Positions 16,407 through 25,296 of a stretch of 32,000 nucleotides of DNA are shown here, in pieces. This DNA comes from Candidatus Thorarchaeota archaeon (GTDB lineage Archaea > Asgardarchaeota > Heimdallarchaeia > Hodarchaeales > Hodarchaeaceae). Position numbers and translations under genes: made by a program. The notes below the pieces were generated by a model. That model made no database searches and was not told where the DNA came from. It saw only the letters and a list, made by a program, of their open reading frames with translations. The DNA is taken from contig JBHLRO010000021.1 in the NCBI GenBank assembly GCA_048882505.1, positions 1 to 32,000 on the forward strand, written 5' to 3'. Position 1 is the first letter of the stretch, and every line of letters begins with the position of its first letter.

Positions 16407-18584
16407 ATGACCTTTTCAGATCCAGTTGTTGACCATTTACTGAGGAGATTTGATGGCGACCTTACTTCTCAGTCACAAGACGAAATTACTGCTCTAATTC
16501 AACCTCTTAACCGATTTCAACGAGTTCTTCTCTTCTGTAAAACTAAGAAGAGTAAATTAAGTTATGTTTTTGCGTCCAAAGCACTAGAAGAAGAACGAAC
16601 ATTGTATGAAAGGATCATTGATCTATTCAGAGGGAACTTATCCGCATCCGAATATCTGCTTCTACGCATTGACCACCTTCTTGAACTAATTGAAGTTGGA
16701 CTCTATGAAGAAATCTTTGATCTGGAAGATTTTCGTACAATTTTCCGCCACCTATACGTGAAAATGGAGGATTTCCAGAAATCTATCCTGCGGATCAACC
16801 GCTTCCTACTACGTTATCTTAAAAATAAAATCGTGGATAAGCAAGTTGGTATAGACAATTTCACTTCCTTACTACACTATCTGGGAGTACCTGCGGCAGC
16901 TCCAGAGCTTCTTGAAGAAGACATGAAAGTTACTTTTCCAATTGATTCTTCCACGATAGATAGACTTGTGGAATTACCCATATCCTCTGCTCAACGTCAT
17001 CCTGATCACATCAAGGATTTGGTGCAGTTTTTTAATTTTGAAAGTGATCTACCTCTTCTACTACAGTGGCTGGATCACGAATCGCTTGCAATTCTGGAGA
17101 AAGCAACACGTGACTTCATCCTTCAAAACTGGAAACCTGAAGAACCATTTACGATGGAGAAGTTCGTGGATTCTGTGCGTGAGGTACTCCCTACCGAAAT
17201 TCCGATCGCGTTTGAAACGATTATAAAACCTTACACAAGCTTGTTGTCACCTCAAGTGCTACGAGCAGGGGACATTGGATCCAATGTCCCTCCCGAAATA
17301 TTACAGAACTATGTAGAGAAGATAGCTTTCCCCGTACCTAGACAAGCCTCTGGTAAAACCCGAGTCATATTTCTGGGAGGATCTCACATCGGTAGTATGG
17401 CGATCCTTATTTCTACAGGTATTTCTAACATTCTTATCGACTTTGGAATGAGTGTGGCCAATTATGGTGTTCCTGCTTGGCACCCAGCATTAAATCACTT
17501 GGATGCGATCTTTATTACCCATGCCCATCTTGACCACTCTGGAGCAATTCCTTATCTTTTTGGATTGGGATACAGGCATCGTGTGTTTGGTTCCGCCCTT
17601 ACCAAGGCCTTGACAGAGATATTACTATTTGATAGCCAGCGGATGATGCAGGATAACATCAATCCCCCAATTAAAGAAACGGATCTTCGTTTTCGACATC
17701 TTTCTCGATCCAAGTGGATCCATAGGTACTTGGATAGTTATGTACCGGTCCGTCCGAATGAAACCTACCAAATCACTCCTGATATAGCCGTAACTCCTAT
17801 CCCGTCGTACCATATTCAAGGCGCAATGGGTTTCCTTGTGGAAGCTGGTCATAGAACGATCTACTACACGGGAGATATGAACCTAGAACCCTCTGTACTT
17901 TTCAAAGAGAGATCCCCTGATCTGCCTACAAATGCGGATCTAACTATTCTAGATGCTACTTACTTCGGACAGAAGGAATTTAATGTTTCTCAGAGAGATT
18001 CCATTTTAATCCAGACTGTAAAGGACGGAAAAAGGGTAATTATACCTGCTTTCAGTGTTGGTAGGGCTCAGGAAGTAATGATTACACTAGATCAGGCAGG
18101 ATTAACCAAGGAAAGAAAGGTGACTATGCTGGGTCTGGCTACGAAAGCCTCACGGCTAACAGGGTTGAAAAGTAAAGGATTTTTTGATAATTCTCTTACA
18201 ACTCCTTTTGAAGACGAAGTAATTATTACTGGAGGCGGTATGCTGAGTGGTGGAATTGCTAGAGAATTGGTTGAACAAACTAAGGATGATCCAAATACAA
18301 GCATACTCTTATGTGGATATTTGGCAAAAAATACCTTGGGATATAGACTATTGCATGGTATGGAACCCGGATATAAACAGAAAGTAGCCTATGCAAGGTT
18401 TAGTGGGCATTCTTCAAGTGATAAATTGAAATCCTACATCAATTCAATATCGGGAACCAAGGCTTTGGTCCACGTTGGGGAACTATCGAAAGACCCGTAT
18501 ACATCAAATAAGGCCAGACAATCCATTCTTGCTGCTTTCCCCGAATATTATATTCCCACTCCTGGATCAGTTCTGGAACTTTAA
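16407..18584 (+). CDS. MBL-fold beta-CASP ribonuclease with ~295-aa uncharacterised N-terminal helical extension
   Basis: IFLGGSHIGSMA, LIDFG, THAHLDHSG, YHIQGA, YTGD, DATY, IPAFSVGRAQE, FSGHS, LVHVGE = MBL motifs 1-4 and beta-CASP motifs A-C. Probable start ATG16407 (track start TTG16344). Confidence 0.9.
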   Translation: MTFSDPVVDHLLRRFDGDLTSQSQDEITALIQPLNRFQRVLLFCKTKKSKLSYVFASKALEEERTLYERIIDLFRGNLSASEYLLLRIDHLLELIEVGLYEEIFDLEDFRTIFRHLYVKMEDFQKSILRINRFLLRYLKNKIVDKQVGIDNFTSLLHYLGVPAAAPELLEEDMKVTFPIDSSTIDRLVELPISSAQRHPDHIKDLVQFFNFESDLPLLLQWLDHESLAILEKATRDFILQNWKPEEPFTMEKFVDSVREVLPTEIPIAFETIIKPYTSLLSPQVLRAGDIGSNVPPEILQNYVEKIAFPVPRQASGKTRVIFLGGSHIGSMAILISTGISNILIDFGMSVANYGVPAWHPALNHLDAIFITHAHLDHSGAIPYLFGLGYRHRVFGSALTKALTEILLFDSQRMMQDNINPPIKETDLRFRHLSRSKWIHRYLDSYVPVRPNETYQITPDIAVTPIPSYHIQGAMGFLVEAGHRTIYYTGDMNLEPSVLFKERSPDLPTNADLTILDATYFGQKEFNVSQRDSILIQTVKDGKRVIIPAFSVGRAQEVMITLDQAGLTKERKVTMLGLATKASRLTGLKSKGFFDNSLTTPFEDEVIITGGGMLSGGIARELVEQTKDDPNTSILLCGYLAKNTLGYRLLHGMEPGYKQKVAYARFSGHSSSDKLKSYINSISGTKALVHVGELSKDPYTSNKARQSILAAFPEYYIPTPGSVLEL

Positions 18585-18627
18585 TTCACTGTGTCTATTT
18601 GCCCCTATGTGAGTCAAATTGTTGTCT

Positions 18628-19488
18628 TTACACGGTAGAAGATCTAGCTACTTGTTGTGTTGGCTTGAGTCGTCGGATCCAGTAATAATAGACGATCCCG
18701 AGGATTATCGCTGCGCCCACAACAGATGCAATGATTTCTACCAAAACCTTGAGGGGATCTTCGTAGAAAAACTCTGCACTTCCGATAAAAAGGAAAAAAT
18801 CCCAAAACCCATGAATCACAGTTGGAAGAATCAAATTATAACTAGAAATCCTATAAACATACGAAAAAGCAATTCCAATAACAAAAGCACTCAAAGAGAC
18901 CGCTATCATGTTATTAATATTTTGAGACGGAGTAATCAGCAGAAAGTGGAGCGTACCAAACAGGAACGCTGACACTAAAGTCCCAGTTTCAAATGAATAG
19001 CGGGTTTCAACGACATTTTGAATGTACCCACGAAAAAGAATTTCTTCTCCAAATCCAATAAAAAACATCGTGATGATAAATGTCAAAACGATTCCCAGGG
19101 GATCTAAGAGGAGGGGGAAATCAACAATTTGAAACAGAAGCTCAATAACCACTGTCGGAATCCAGCCTGCTAAAGTTATGGGAACTCCGATAAGGATCCA
19201 CTCTTTTCCCCACTTTTTCTCCCAGGAAACCCCCACAATATCCAAAGTTCTTCGGTCAAACTTCAGAAACGCGTAGACAAGCCCCACACCCACAATACCA
19301 TTCATGCTGCGTACCAAATTCACTTCAAAAATGAGAGGTAACGCATCGCCGCTATTTAATACGGCGCGTGCCAGTGGAATGGCAAATACTTGGAAAGTGA
19401 AGATCAATGTAACGCAGATCGCGAAGAAGAGGATAACCCTCAACCATAAGTCAGTGTTAGAGTATTTCCGCATAAGTAGCATCCTCAT
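18628..19488 (-). CDS. CPBP (CAAX protease/Abi) family intramembrane glutamic endopeptidase
   Basis: About 8 hydrophobic segments, GEEILFRG, FGTLH and IHGFWD motifs. Confidence 0.9.
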   Translation of the reverse strand: MRMLLMRKYSNTDLWLRVILFFAICVTLIFTFQVFAIPLARAVLNSGDALPLIFEVNLVRSMNGIVGVGLVYAFLKFDRRTLDIVGVSWEKKWGKEWILIGVPITLAGWIPTVVIELLFQIVDFPLLLDPLGIVLTFIITMFFIGFGEEILFRGYIQNVVETRYSFETGTLVSAFLFGTLHFLLITPSQNINNMIAVSLSAFVIGIAFSYVYRISSYNLILPTVIHGFWDFFLFIGSAEFFYEDPLKVLVEIIASVVGAAIILGIVYYYWIRRLKPTQQVARSSTV

Positions 19489-19816
19489 TTAATCTTTTTA
19501 TCAAGTATTAAGTACAAGAAAGTGCTCTTAACGTATAAATCTGCCCTAAAATGCTGAAAAACGTAATCTCGGATTTATGGCCCTTTTTTTTCATAAACGT
19601 GCTTTGTTTGTGCACTTCTCAAAAATCTTTACTCTGTGCGTCTACCATTTTGGATAGTTTTTAAAAGAAACCTATTCACAAACTAAGCAGCGAACCATGT
19701 CGGATCTTCCCCTCAGTATACATGTAGGGAGCTCTATTGTGTCGTTCGCCAAGATAATCGATTTTTATATCACTTAAGCTTTAATAATTGCAATTAGATC
19801 CAACCAGTGACCAATA

Positions 19817-21397
19817 TTGATACCCCCTCTCATTGCATTCGCAGGTTTAACGGTAGCAGCTCTGATAAAGCAAATAGTCTTAGATAGTACCGCTAATATG
19901 GCAAAGAAAGCATTAGCCAGATCATATCTCGTAAAGCGGATCGACGCGAAGTTGGAAAACAAGTATGGGAAAAGCTTCCTGAAAGAAAAGCTATCTGAAG
20001 TAAATATGGAAGGAGTGCGTGAAATTGTCCATGAGGAGTTATCTGCCTATTTTCCCCGCCAAGTTGATGTTGATCAGCTAATTGTAAACAGCATTCAAAC
20101 CCTTTCGGATGATCATCAGGCAATTTTGGAGAAGCTGGATAACGTAGAAACCCTGTTGGAGAAGATCTCTATTCCCCTTGCATTTGGTATCAGCAAAGGC
20201 AATCTAGGCGAGGAAGAAATACCAGAGTCTCTTTTGACCGGCCTTCTAGAAGGTGGCATTTTAGGAAAGGAGGCATCCCAACGGATTTTAAAGGAACTTA
20301 CAGAAAATCAGTTGATTTCGAAGGAATCCGCGCACGCTGTTGAAAGTGTAAAATTCATCCAAAGAATCAATAGAGTAGCTGACACAGAGATTAGCCGTCT
20401 TGTAAGGAAATTTAGAAATACACCTGAAGAAATCAATAGCTTGAATACTTTAATGGAAATTTCTGCGCTTTTAGCTGGGTCCAATGAGCAGTTAGAAGAC
20501 GTAGTATCAGAATTTGTTTTCAAATTGATATCAGATGGATTAGACACCAAAACGATTGAGAAGGCTGTTGTATCCTTTAGTTTCTTGGTTCATCGACTAG
20601 GGAAATTAAAGAATCTATCAAAAAGCGACCAAATTTTACTCGGCACCTTCTTACGTAGGGGGATACAGCAAGTGGAAAACCCCACACGGATGATTGAATC
20701 TTATTTCTTATTGACCCAGTTAGATCAAGCTAGTGATATTGACCCCCAGTTCGTCATAGAGGTTTTAGAAGCGTATCAAAGACGGGGAGTCAATACCACG
20801 CGGGAGATGGCCGGCCAACTTCGTGTTACTGGGAAAATTGCCCGTTTCATACGCCGACTTGGCTTGCGGAAAGCCAAACCTGAGGCCTCCCTTAGAACAA
20901 TAAGTATTCTCATCAAAAAACTGGACAAGAGGAAATTCGTAAGGACTACCAAGCTCCTAAAATATCAATTAGAACGGCTTACGAGCGAAATGAATTTGAT
21001 GAGCGCCTTCTTCGATTCTGAGATGAGAACCGATCCCTCTCAAGAAAATTTAGATGAAATGATACACCTTCTGCAGATATTATTTGAAATATTAAGCCGT
21101 AAAGAAGTATATCAGCTAGATATCCCCACTTTAAGATTAGTGGTTGAATTGTTGGATTCTGCCTATTATCTCTACGATTTACTTGCGGTTCGTAATTCAT
21201 GGGCTCTTTTAACGAAATATCAGCTGAATGTTCGTTCAATTTACTCGCCCACCCTGGAACGGTACAAAAAGATCGCCCCAGATGAAACCAAGCTTAATAT
21301 TGCTCTACATGAATTCTCTCGAAAGCGTATAGTGGAGGTAGAACAAGAACTGCCGAGTCCTCCTCGCCAAACAGTGAAAAAAAGGATCAAGGGCTAG
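19817..21397 (+). CDS. Large all-helical hypothetical protein with hydrophobic N-terminal helix
   Basis: 526-aa ORF with TTG start and TATA-like TTTTTATAT about 50 bp upstream. N-terminal LIAFAGLTVAALI, then heptad-like and helical repeat-like segments. No catalytic motif recognised. Confidence 0.75.
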   Translation: MIPPLIAFAGLTVAALIKQIVLDSTANMAKKALARSYLVKRIDAKLENKYGKSFLKEKLSEVNMEGVREIVHEELSAYFPRQVDVDQLIVNSIQTLSDDHQAILEKLDNVETLLEKISIPLAFGISKGNLGEEEIPESLLTGLLEGGILGKEASQRILKELTENQLISKESAHAVESVKFIQRINRVADTEISRLVRKFRNTPEEINSLNTLMEISALLAGSNEQLEDVVSEFVFKLISDGLDTKTIEKAVVSFSFLVHRLGKLKNLSKSDQILLGTFLRRGIQQVENPTRMIESYFLLTQLDQASDIDPQFVIEVLEAYQRRGVNTTREMAGQLRVTGKIARFIRRLGLRKAKPEASLRTISILIKKLDKRKFVRTTKLLKYQLERLTSEMNLMSAFFDSEMRTDPSQENLDEMIHLLQILFEILSRKEVYQLDIPTLRLVVELLDSAYYLYDLLAVRNSWALLTKYQLNVRSIYSPTLERYKKIAPDETKLNIALHEFSRKRIVEVEQELPSPPRQTVKKRIKG

Positions 21398-21609
21398 TTT
21401 CCTTCGTTTTATTAGATCTATATCCATTTTAACCAGCTACTGAATCGGTTCTGATTGGAAACAGTAGGCCGTGACCACGAGAAGAATGACAAACATTTTA
21501 TATTATCCAGAATATGGGGTCACTCCGCAACGTTCAACAGTTGTAATCTCAAAGAACAAGCTTCTAATTGAGTCTGAGGTTTCAGTAGCGGTCGTTTGGT
21601 GTAAAAGAG

Positions 21610-22638
21610 TTGCTATTTGAAGGTATCCTCCTATCAGTTATGTCTGATACTGGTCCCTCCCCCGAAATAAATCTCACCAAATTGGATGAAACCACAGCCA
21701 TGAAACTAGCTATATCACTTCTTACAGCACTCGGATTAGGTGAGAGTAGAGATCAGCTCAATCAACTACATGGTTCTTTTCCTGTTCCAGGACGTAAGGA
21801 ACTTGCCTTAGCTTATCCTTTTGTAATATCTGGTGCAAAATCGCATGATCCCAGAATTAGAGAGCACGGTAGATACTGTACGCTGTTCTTGTTATTTAAA
21901 AAGGAGAACAAGGCTCAAGTACTTTCACAATATGAAATCATTGAGCAGATTCTCGGGAATGCTGTAGAAACCTTGAATGCCCAAGAAGATTTAACCCCAG
22001 AACTGCTCCAGCAAGTTCATTCCTTTGTAGAGGGTAAAATTACTTCTGAAGCTAAAGAAAAACATAATATAGAACCAACAACGGTTTCTGCGGAAGAGAT
22101 GGCTCGCTTTCGGGAGGAACAACTCCGTCAACAGCAGCTCACCAGTCTGATTCGTGATGTAACACAGGTACAAACTGCATTGGCAAGAAAACTAGATGAA
22201 TACATGGTGTTCACCGATACCCCTGTTCGAGAGGGCAGTTTCTATATGCGACCCCAGATAAAACCCTCCGATTACCTCTCGGTTTTCCCGCTAATTACGA
22301 GCTATGAAAAAAGTTTAGCTCGATTGGACGGGGAAGATGAAACTACTGTTCGTGAGATCGTCGATATATCTGTCCTCGTAAGGATGGGGAATCTGTTTTA
22401 CTGGAAGGCTCTTTCCTCGCAACAAAATGCCGAATTTGAAAAAGCGATCAGCTATTACCTTCGTGCAAACCGACTAAAAGATGATTCTATACTATATCTT
22501 ACCATTGGGTCCATATATCGTAAAATGGGGCGACCAGAAGAAGCGAAGGATTGGATCGAAAGCGGCTTTAGCCGAATGCGCCAACGGGGTGAATCTATCC
22601 GCATCAGTCGAAACATGCTTTTCGGTGATCTAAAATAA
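21610..22638 (+). CDS. uDENN/longin-like N-terminal domain + coiled coil + C-terminal TPR protein
   Basis: FEGILLSVMSDTGPSP...LHGSFPVP...ALAYPF...SHDPRIREHGRYCTLFLLF resembles the Asgard uDENN/longin-type module. C-terminal VRMGNLFY...FEKAISYYLRANRL...LYLTIGSIYRKMGRPEEAKDWIESG gives about two TPRs. Confidence 0.7.
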   Translation: MLFEGILLSVMSDTGPSPEINLTKLDETTAMKLAISLLTALGLGESRDQLNQLHGSFPVPGRKELALAYPFVISGAKSHDPRIREHGRYCTLFLLFKKENKAQVLSQYEIIEQILGNAVETLNAQEDLTPELLQQVHSFVEGKITSEAKEKHNIEPTTVSAEEMARFREEQLRQQQLTSLIRDVTQVQTALARKLDEYMVFTDTPVREGSFYMRPQIKPSDYLSVFPLITSYEKSLARLDGEDETTVREIVDISVLVRMGNLFYWKALSSQQNAEFEKAISYYLRANRLKDDSILYLTIGSIYRKMGRPEEAKDWIESGFSRMRQRGESIRISRNMLFGDLK

Positions 22639-22887
22639 CCGCTTTTCTCTATTATTTCGGTTCCACGATTATTGTGAAACCATTTTGCAACCATAAAATA
22701 GACCTGAGGATTCCATCGGCATTGTATGAGCAAGAGTTTTTAAGGAAAACGAGGATAGCAGGGAGGCGTCAGGCAATTCATTTCTTTGAATTTACCTGTA
22801 TGGATGTTCTATCGGTTCTTGCGCTATCAAACATAGTTCCGATGAAGAGCAAAAAACACCAGTATCGTCTCTACTTGTGGGATCCTC

Positions 22888-24564
22888 ATGTTTGATCGTA
22901 TTTTGATAGCAAATCGCGGAGAAATCGCGGCCCGCATCATTGCATCTGCCCAAGAAATGGGCATCTCAACCGTGGCGATATATTCTGATGTGGATGTAGA
23001 TTCGGTTCACGTTCATGCTGCAGATTTTGCCTATCCATTAGGGGATCCTACACCAAGTGAGTCGTATTTAAATATGGATAAAATCATTGGTATCGCTCTT
23101 GAGAGTGGTTCCCAAGCCATTCACCCAGGCTATGGATTTTTGTCCGAGAATGCCGAATTTGCTAGAAGAGTACAAGACGCGGGTCTCATTTGGATCGGTC
23201 CAAGCCCCGCTGCCATCGACGCGGTTGGAGACAAAATTCAAGCCAAAAATACAATGCAAAAAGCTGGAATTCCGATCATTCCAGGTTACCACGATGGGAA
23301 GAGGGGCCAGAAATTCCTCCTGAAAAAGGCCGAAGAAATCGGATTTCCACTACTTATAAAGGCGACAGCTGGAGGAGGGGGAAGAGGAATGAGAATTGTA
23401 AATTCTGTTAAAGAATTTGGCTCAGCCTACAATAGCGCTCGTAGAGAAGCCCAAGCTGCCTTTGGTAATGGAGGTGTTTTCTTAGAAAAATATCTTGAGC
23501 ACGTTCGTCATATTGAATTTCAGATTTTGGGTGATCACTTTGGCAATATCATCCATTTAAACGAGCGTGAATGTTCTATTCAACGTCGACACCAAAAAAT
23601 CATTGAGGAAACGCCTTCACCAGCGCTCGACGAAAGTCTAAGAAAAAAAATGGGTAAGGTTGCAATCAACGCCGCGCGTGCGGTCAATTACACGAACGCT
23701 GGTTCAGTAGAGTTTATTCTAGATAAAGAAAACAACTTCTATTTTTTGGAGATCAATGCTAGACTTCAGGTTGAACATGCCATAACAGAAGCCACGACGG
23801 GAATCGACCTAGTTAAATGGCAGATTCGTATTGCCAATGGGCAGCAGCTAGAGCTCGCTCAGAAAGATGTATCTGGACGTGGTCATTCCATGGAGTTCAG
23901 AATATATGCTGAACGTCCGGAATCTCAATTTATGCCATCAGCTGGTAAAATTCATCAGGTTCAGGTTCCAGTAGGTGTAAATATTCGAAACGATTTGGGG
24001 ATTCCCATTTCAGGTGGCGAGGTTTCTACCTTCTATGATCCTATGATAGCCAAACTTATTGTTCACGCCGAAACTCGAGAAGAATCAATACAGAAGATGA
24101 AATGGGCGCTCAGAAACTATACGGCCCAGGGGATACCAACAAATATCGCCTTTTTAAAGGAGGTATTGGAAAACAAAGACTTTTTGGCTGGTAATACCCG
24201 CACTGATTTTGTTAATGCCCATTTTCAGAAATGGCAAGGAAGGCAAGTAACTCAAACAACTCCTTTAGAAGTGATATTAGCGGCAGCATTGTTTGAAGTT
24301 ATGGAATCCTTTATGACGGCTGGTAATGAAATAGATGCGGTTAGCCTGATCAATGGTGACGATCCACACTCTCCTTGGCAGCGATTGGGTACCTGGGGTC
24401 GTGAGAGCCTTGAAGTTCTCACAGATAAGCTTTCAGGAACGCTGGGAAGGGGAAAAAATGCTTTCAAGAAGATTCTCCCCAAAAGGGGAGGAGACCTAAA
24501 ATCATCCTTCATGCGGAATACGAACGAAAATTCACCGTGGCGGAGTTATAAACGTAATAAATAA
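22888..24564 (+). CDS. accC: Biotin carboxylase subunit of acyl-CoA (probably 3-methylcrotonyl-CoA) carboxylase
   Basis: ILIANRGEIA, IHPGYGFLSENAEF, KATAGGGGRGMR, ERECSIQRRHQK, EINARLQVEH, FRIYAE, YDPMIAKL. Confidence 0.93.
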   Translation: MFDRILIANRGEIAARIIASAQEMGISTVAIYSDVDVDSVHVHAADFAYPLGDPTPSESYLNMDKIIGIALESGSQAIHPGYGFLSENAEFARRVQDAGLIWIGPSPAAIDAVGDKIQAKNTMQKAGIPIIPGYHDGKRGQKFLLKKAEEIGFPLLIKATAGGGGRGMRIVNSVKEFGSAYNSARREAQAAFGNGGVFLEKYLEHVRHIEFQILGDHFGNIIHLNERECSIQRRHQKIIEETPSPALDESLRKKMGKVAINAARAVNYTNAGSVEFILDKENNFYFLEINARLQVEHAITEATTGIDLVKWQIRIANGQQLELAQKDVSGRGHSMEFRIYAERPESQFMPSAGKIHQVQVPVGVNIRNDLGIPISGGEVSTFYDPMIAKLIVHAETREESIQKMKWALRNYTAQGIPTNIAFLKEVLENKDFLAGNTRTDFVNAHFQKWQGRQVTQTTPLEVILAAALFEVMESFMTAGNEIDAVSLINGDDPHSPWQRLGTWGRESLEVLTDKLSGTLGRGKNAFKKILPKRGGDLKSSFMRNTNENSPWRSYKRNK

Positions 24565-24599
24565 AGGTTACTGATTCATTATCATATTTGGGAATATTT

Positions 24600-25139
24600 A
24601 TGAGTGAATTCTTCAGATTTGATGATGGATTACATAAATATGAAGTTCGTCTTCGAAAAGAGATGGATAATTACGTCATCGTAATCAGGAAAGATGGGGA
24701 GGACCCGGAAAATGAAGTCCAGGTAACGGCCAAGATGTTGGGGTCAGGTCAGTTTCAATTTGCCTTGAAAAATATCATATACAAATGTTCGGTAGCCAAA
24801 GATGGTAACGTAAGGTTCATCCACTTAGATGGGGAGGATTATGAACTTACCCGTATTTTTGGAGTAGAAGAAGATTTTGAAGAAACAATAGATGAAGGAA
24901 ACCTTACTAGTCCTATGCCAGGCCGTATTGTAAAGATATTGGTAAAAAAAGGGGATCATGTTCATAAGGGCCAGGATTTAATCGTGATAGAAGCAATGAA
25001 AATGGAAAACAGAATCACTGCTCCCCATGATGGCATTGTTAAAGATATCTTTTATGTCAAGGGAGACCAGATTGAAGCTAATGTAGCACTACTCGAATTA
25101 GAGCGTGGAGAGAGTGAAACATCTAATGATATTTATTGA
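24600..25139 (+). CDS. Biotin carboxyl carrier subunit with N-terminal beta-rich (BT-like) domain
   Basis: SPMPGRIV...EAMKMEN biotinylation motif; the N-terminal ~95 aa are beta-strand rich. ATG24600 preferred over TTG24588. Confidence 0.9.
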   Translation: MSEFFRFDDGLHKYEVRLRKEMDNYVIVIRKDGEDPENEVQVTAKMLGSGQFQFALKNIIYKCSVAKDGNVRFIHLDGEDYELTRIFGVEEDFEETIDEGNLTSPMPGRIVKILVKKGDHVHKGQDLIVIEAMKMENRITAPHDGIVKDIFYVKGDQIEANVALLELERGESETSNDIY

Positions 25140-25296
25140 GTATAAACCTCACTCGAAATTAGCTCCGAATTTTCTATCCTCATTTTGGGGATAAAGAAAT
25201 CTTAAAGAGAATCCCCCACATCATGTGTATGCATATTCTTATTCATTGCAGACAAGGATTTTCCTATCCTTCACCCCAATTCAGGCAGGTAAGTAT

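Noticed and set aside
19591-19698. Minus-strand frame MVRCLVCE*VSFKNYPKW*THRVKIF resembling a C2H2 zinc finger with two in-frame TAG codons (possible recoding)
   Set aside because: The final His ligand is missing, it is only 36 codons, and many bona fide genes here end in TAG (e.g. 3293, 9396, 14239, 15782, 29854), so TAG is not recoded. Chance or a decayed fragment.
22674-22895. 73-aa ORF overlapping the biotin carboxylase start
   Set aside because: GTG start, no motif, and it covers the likely promoter region of the carboxylase cluster; probably spurious though not excluded.
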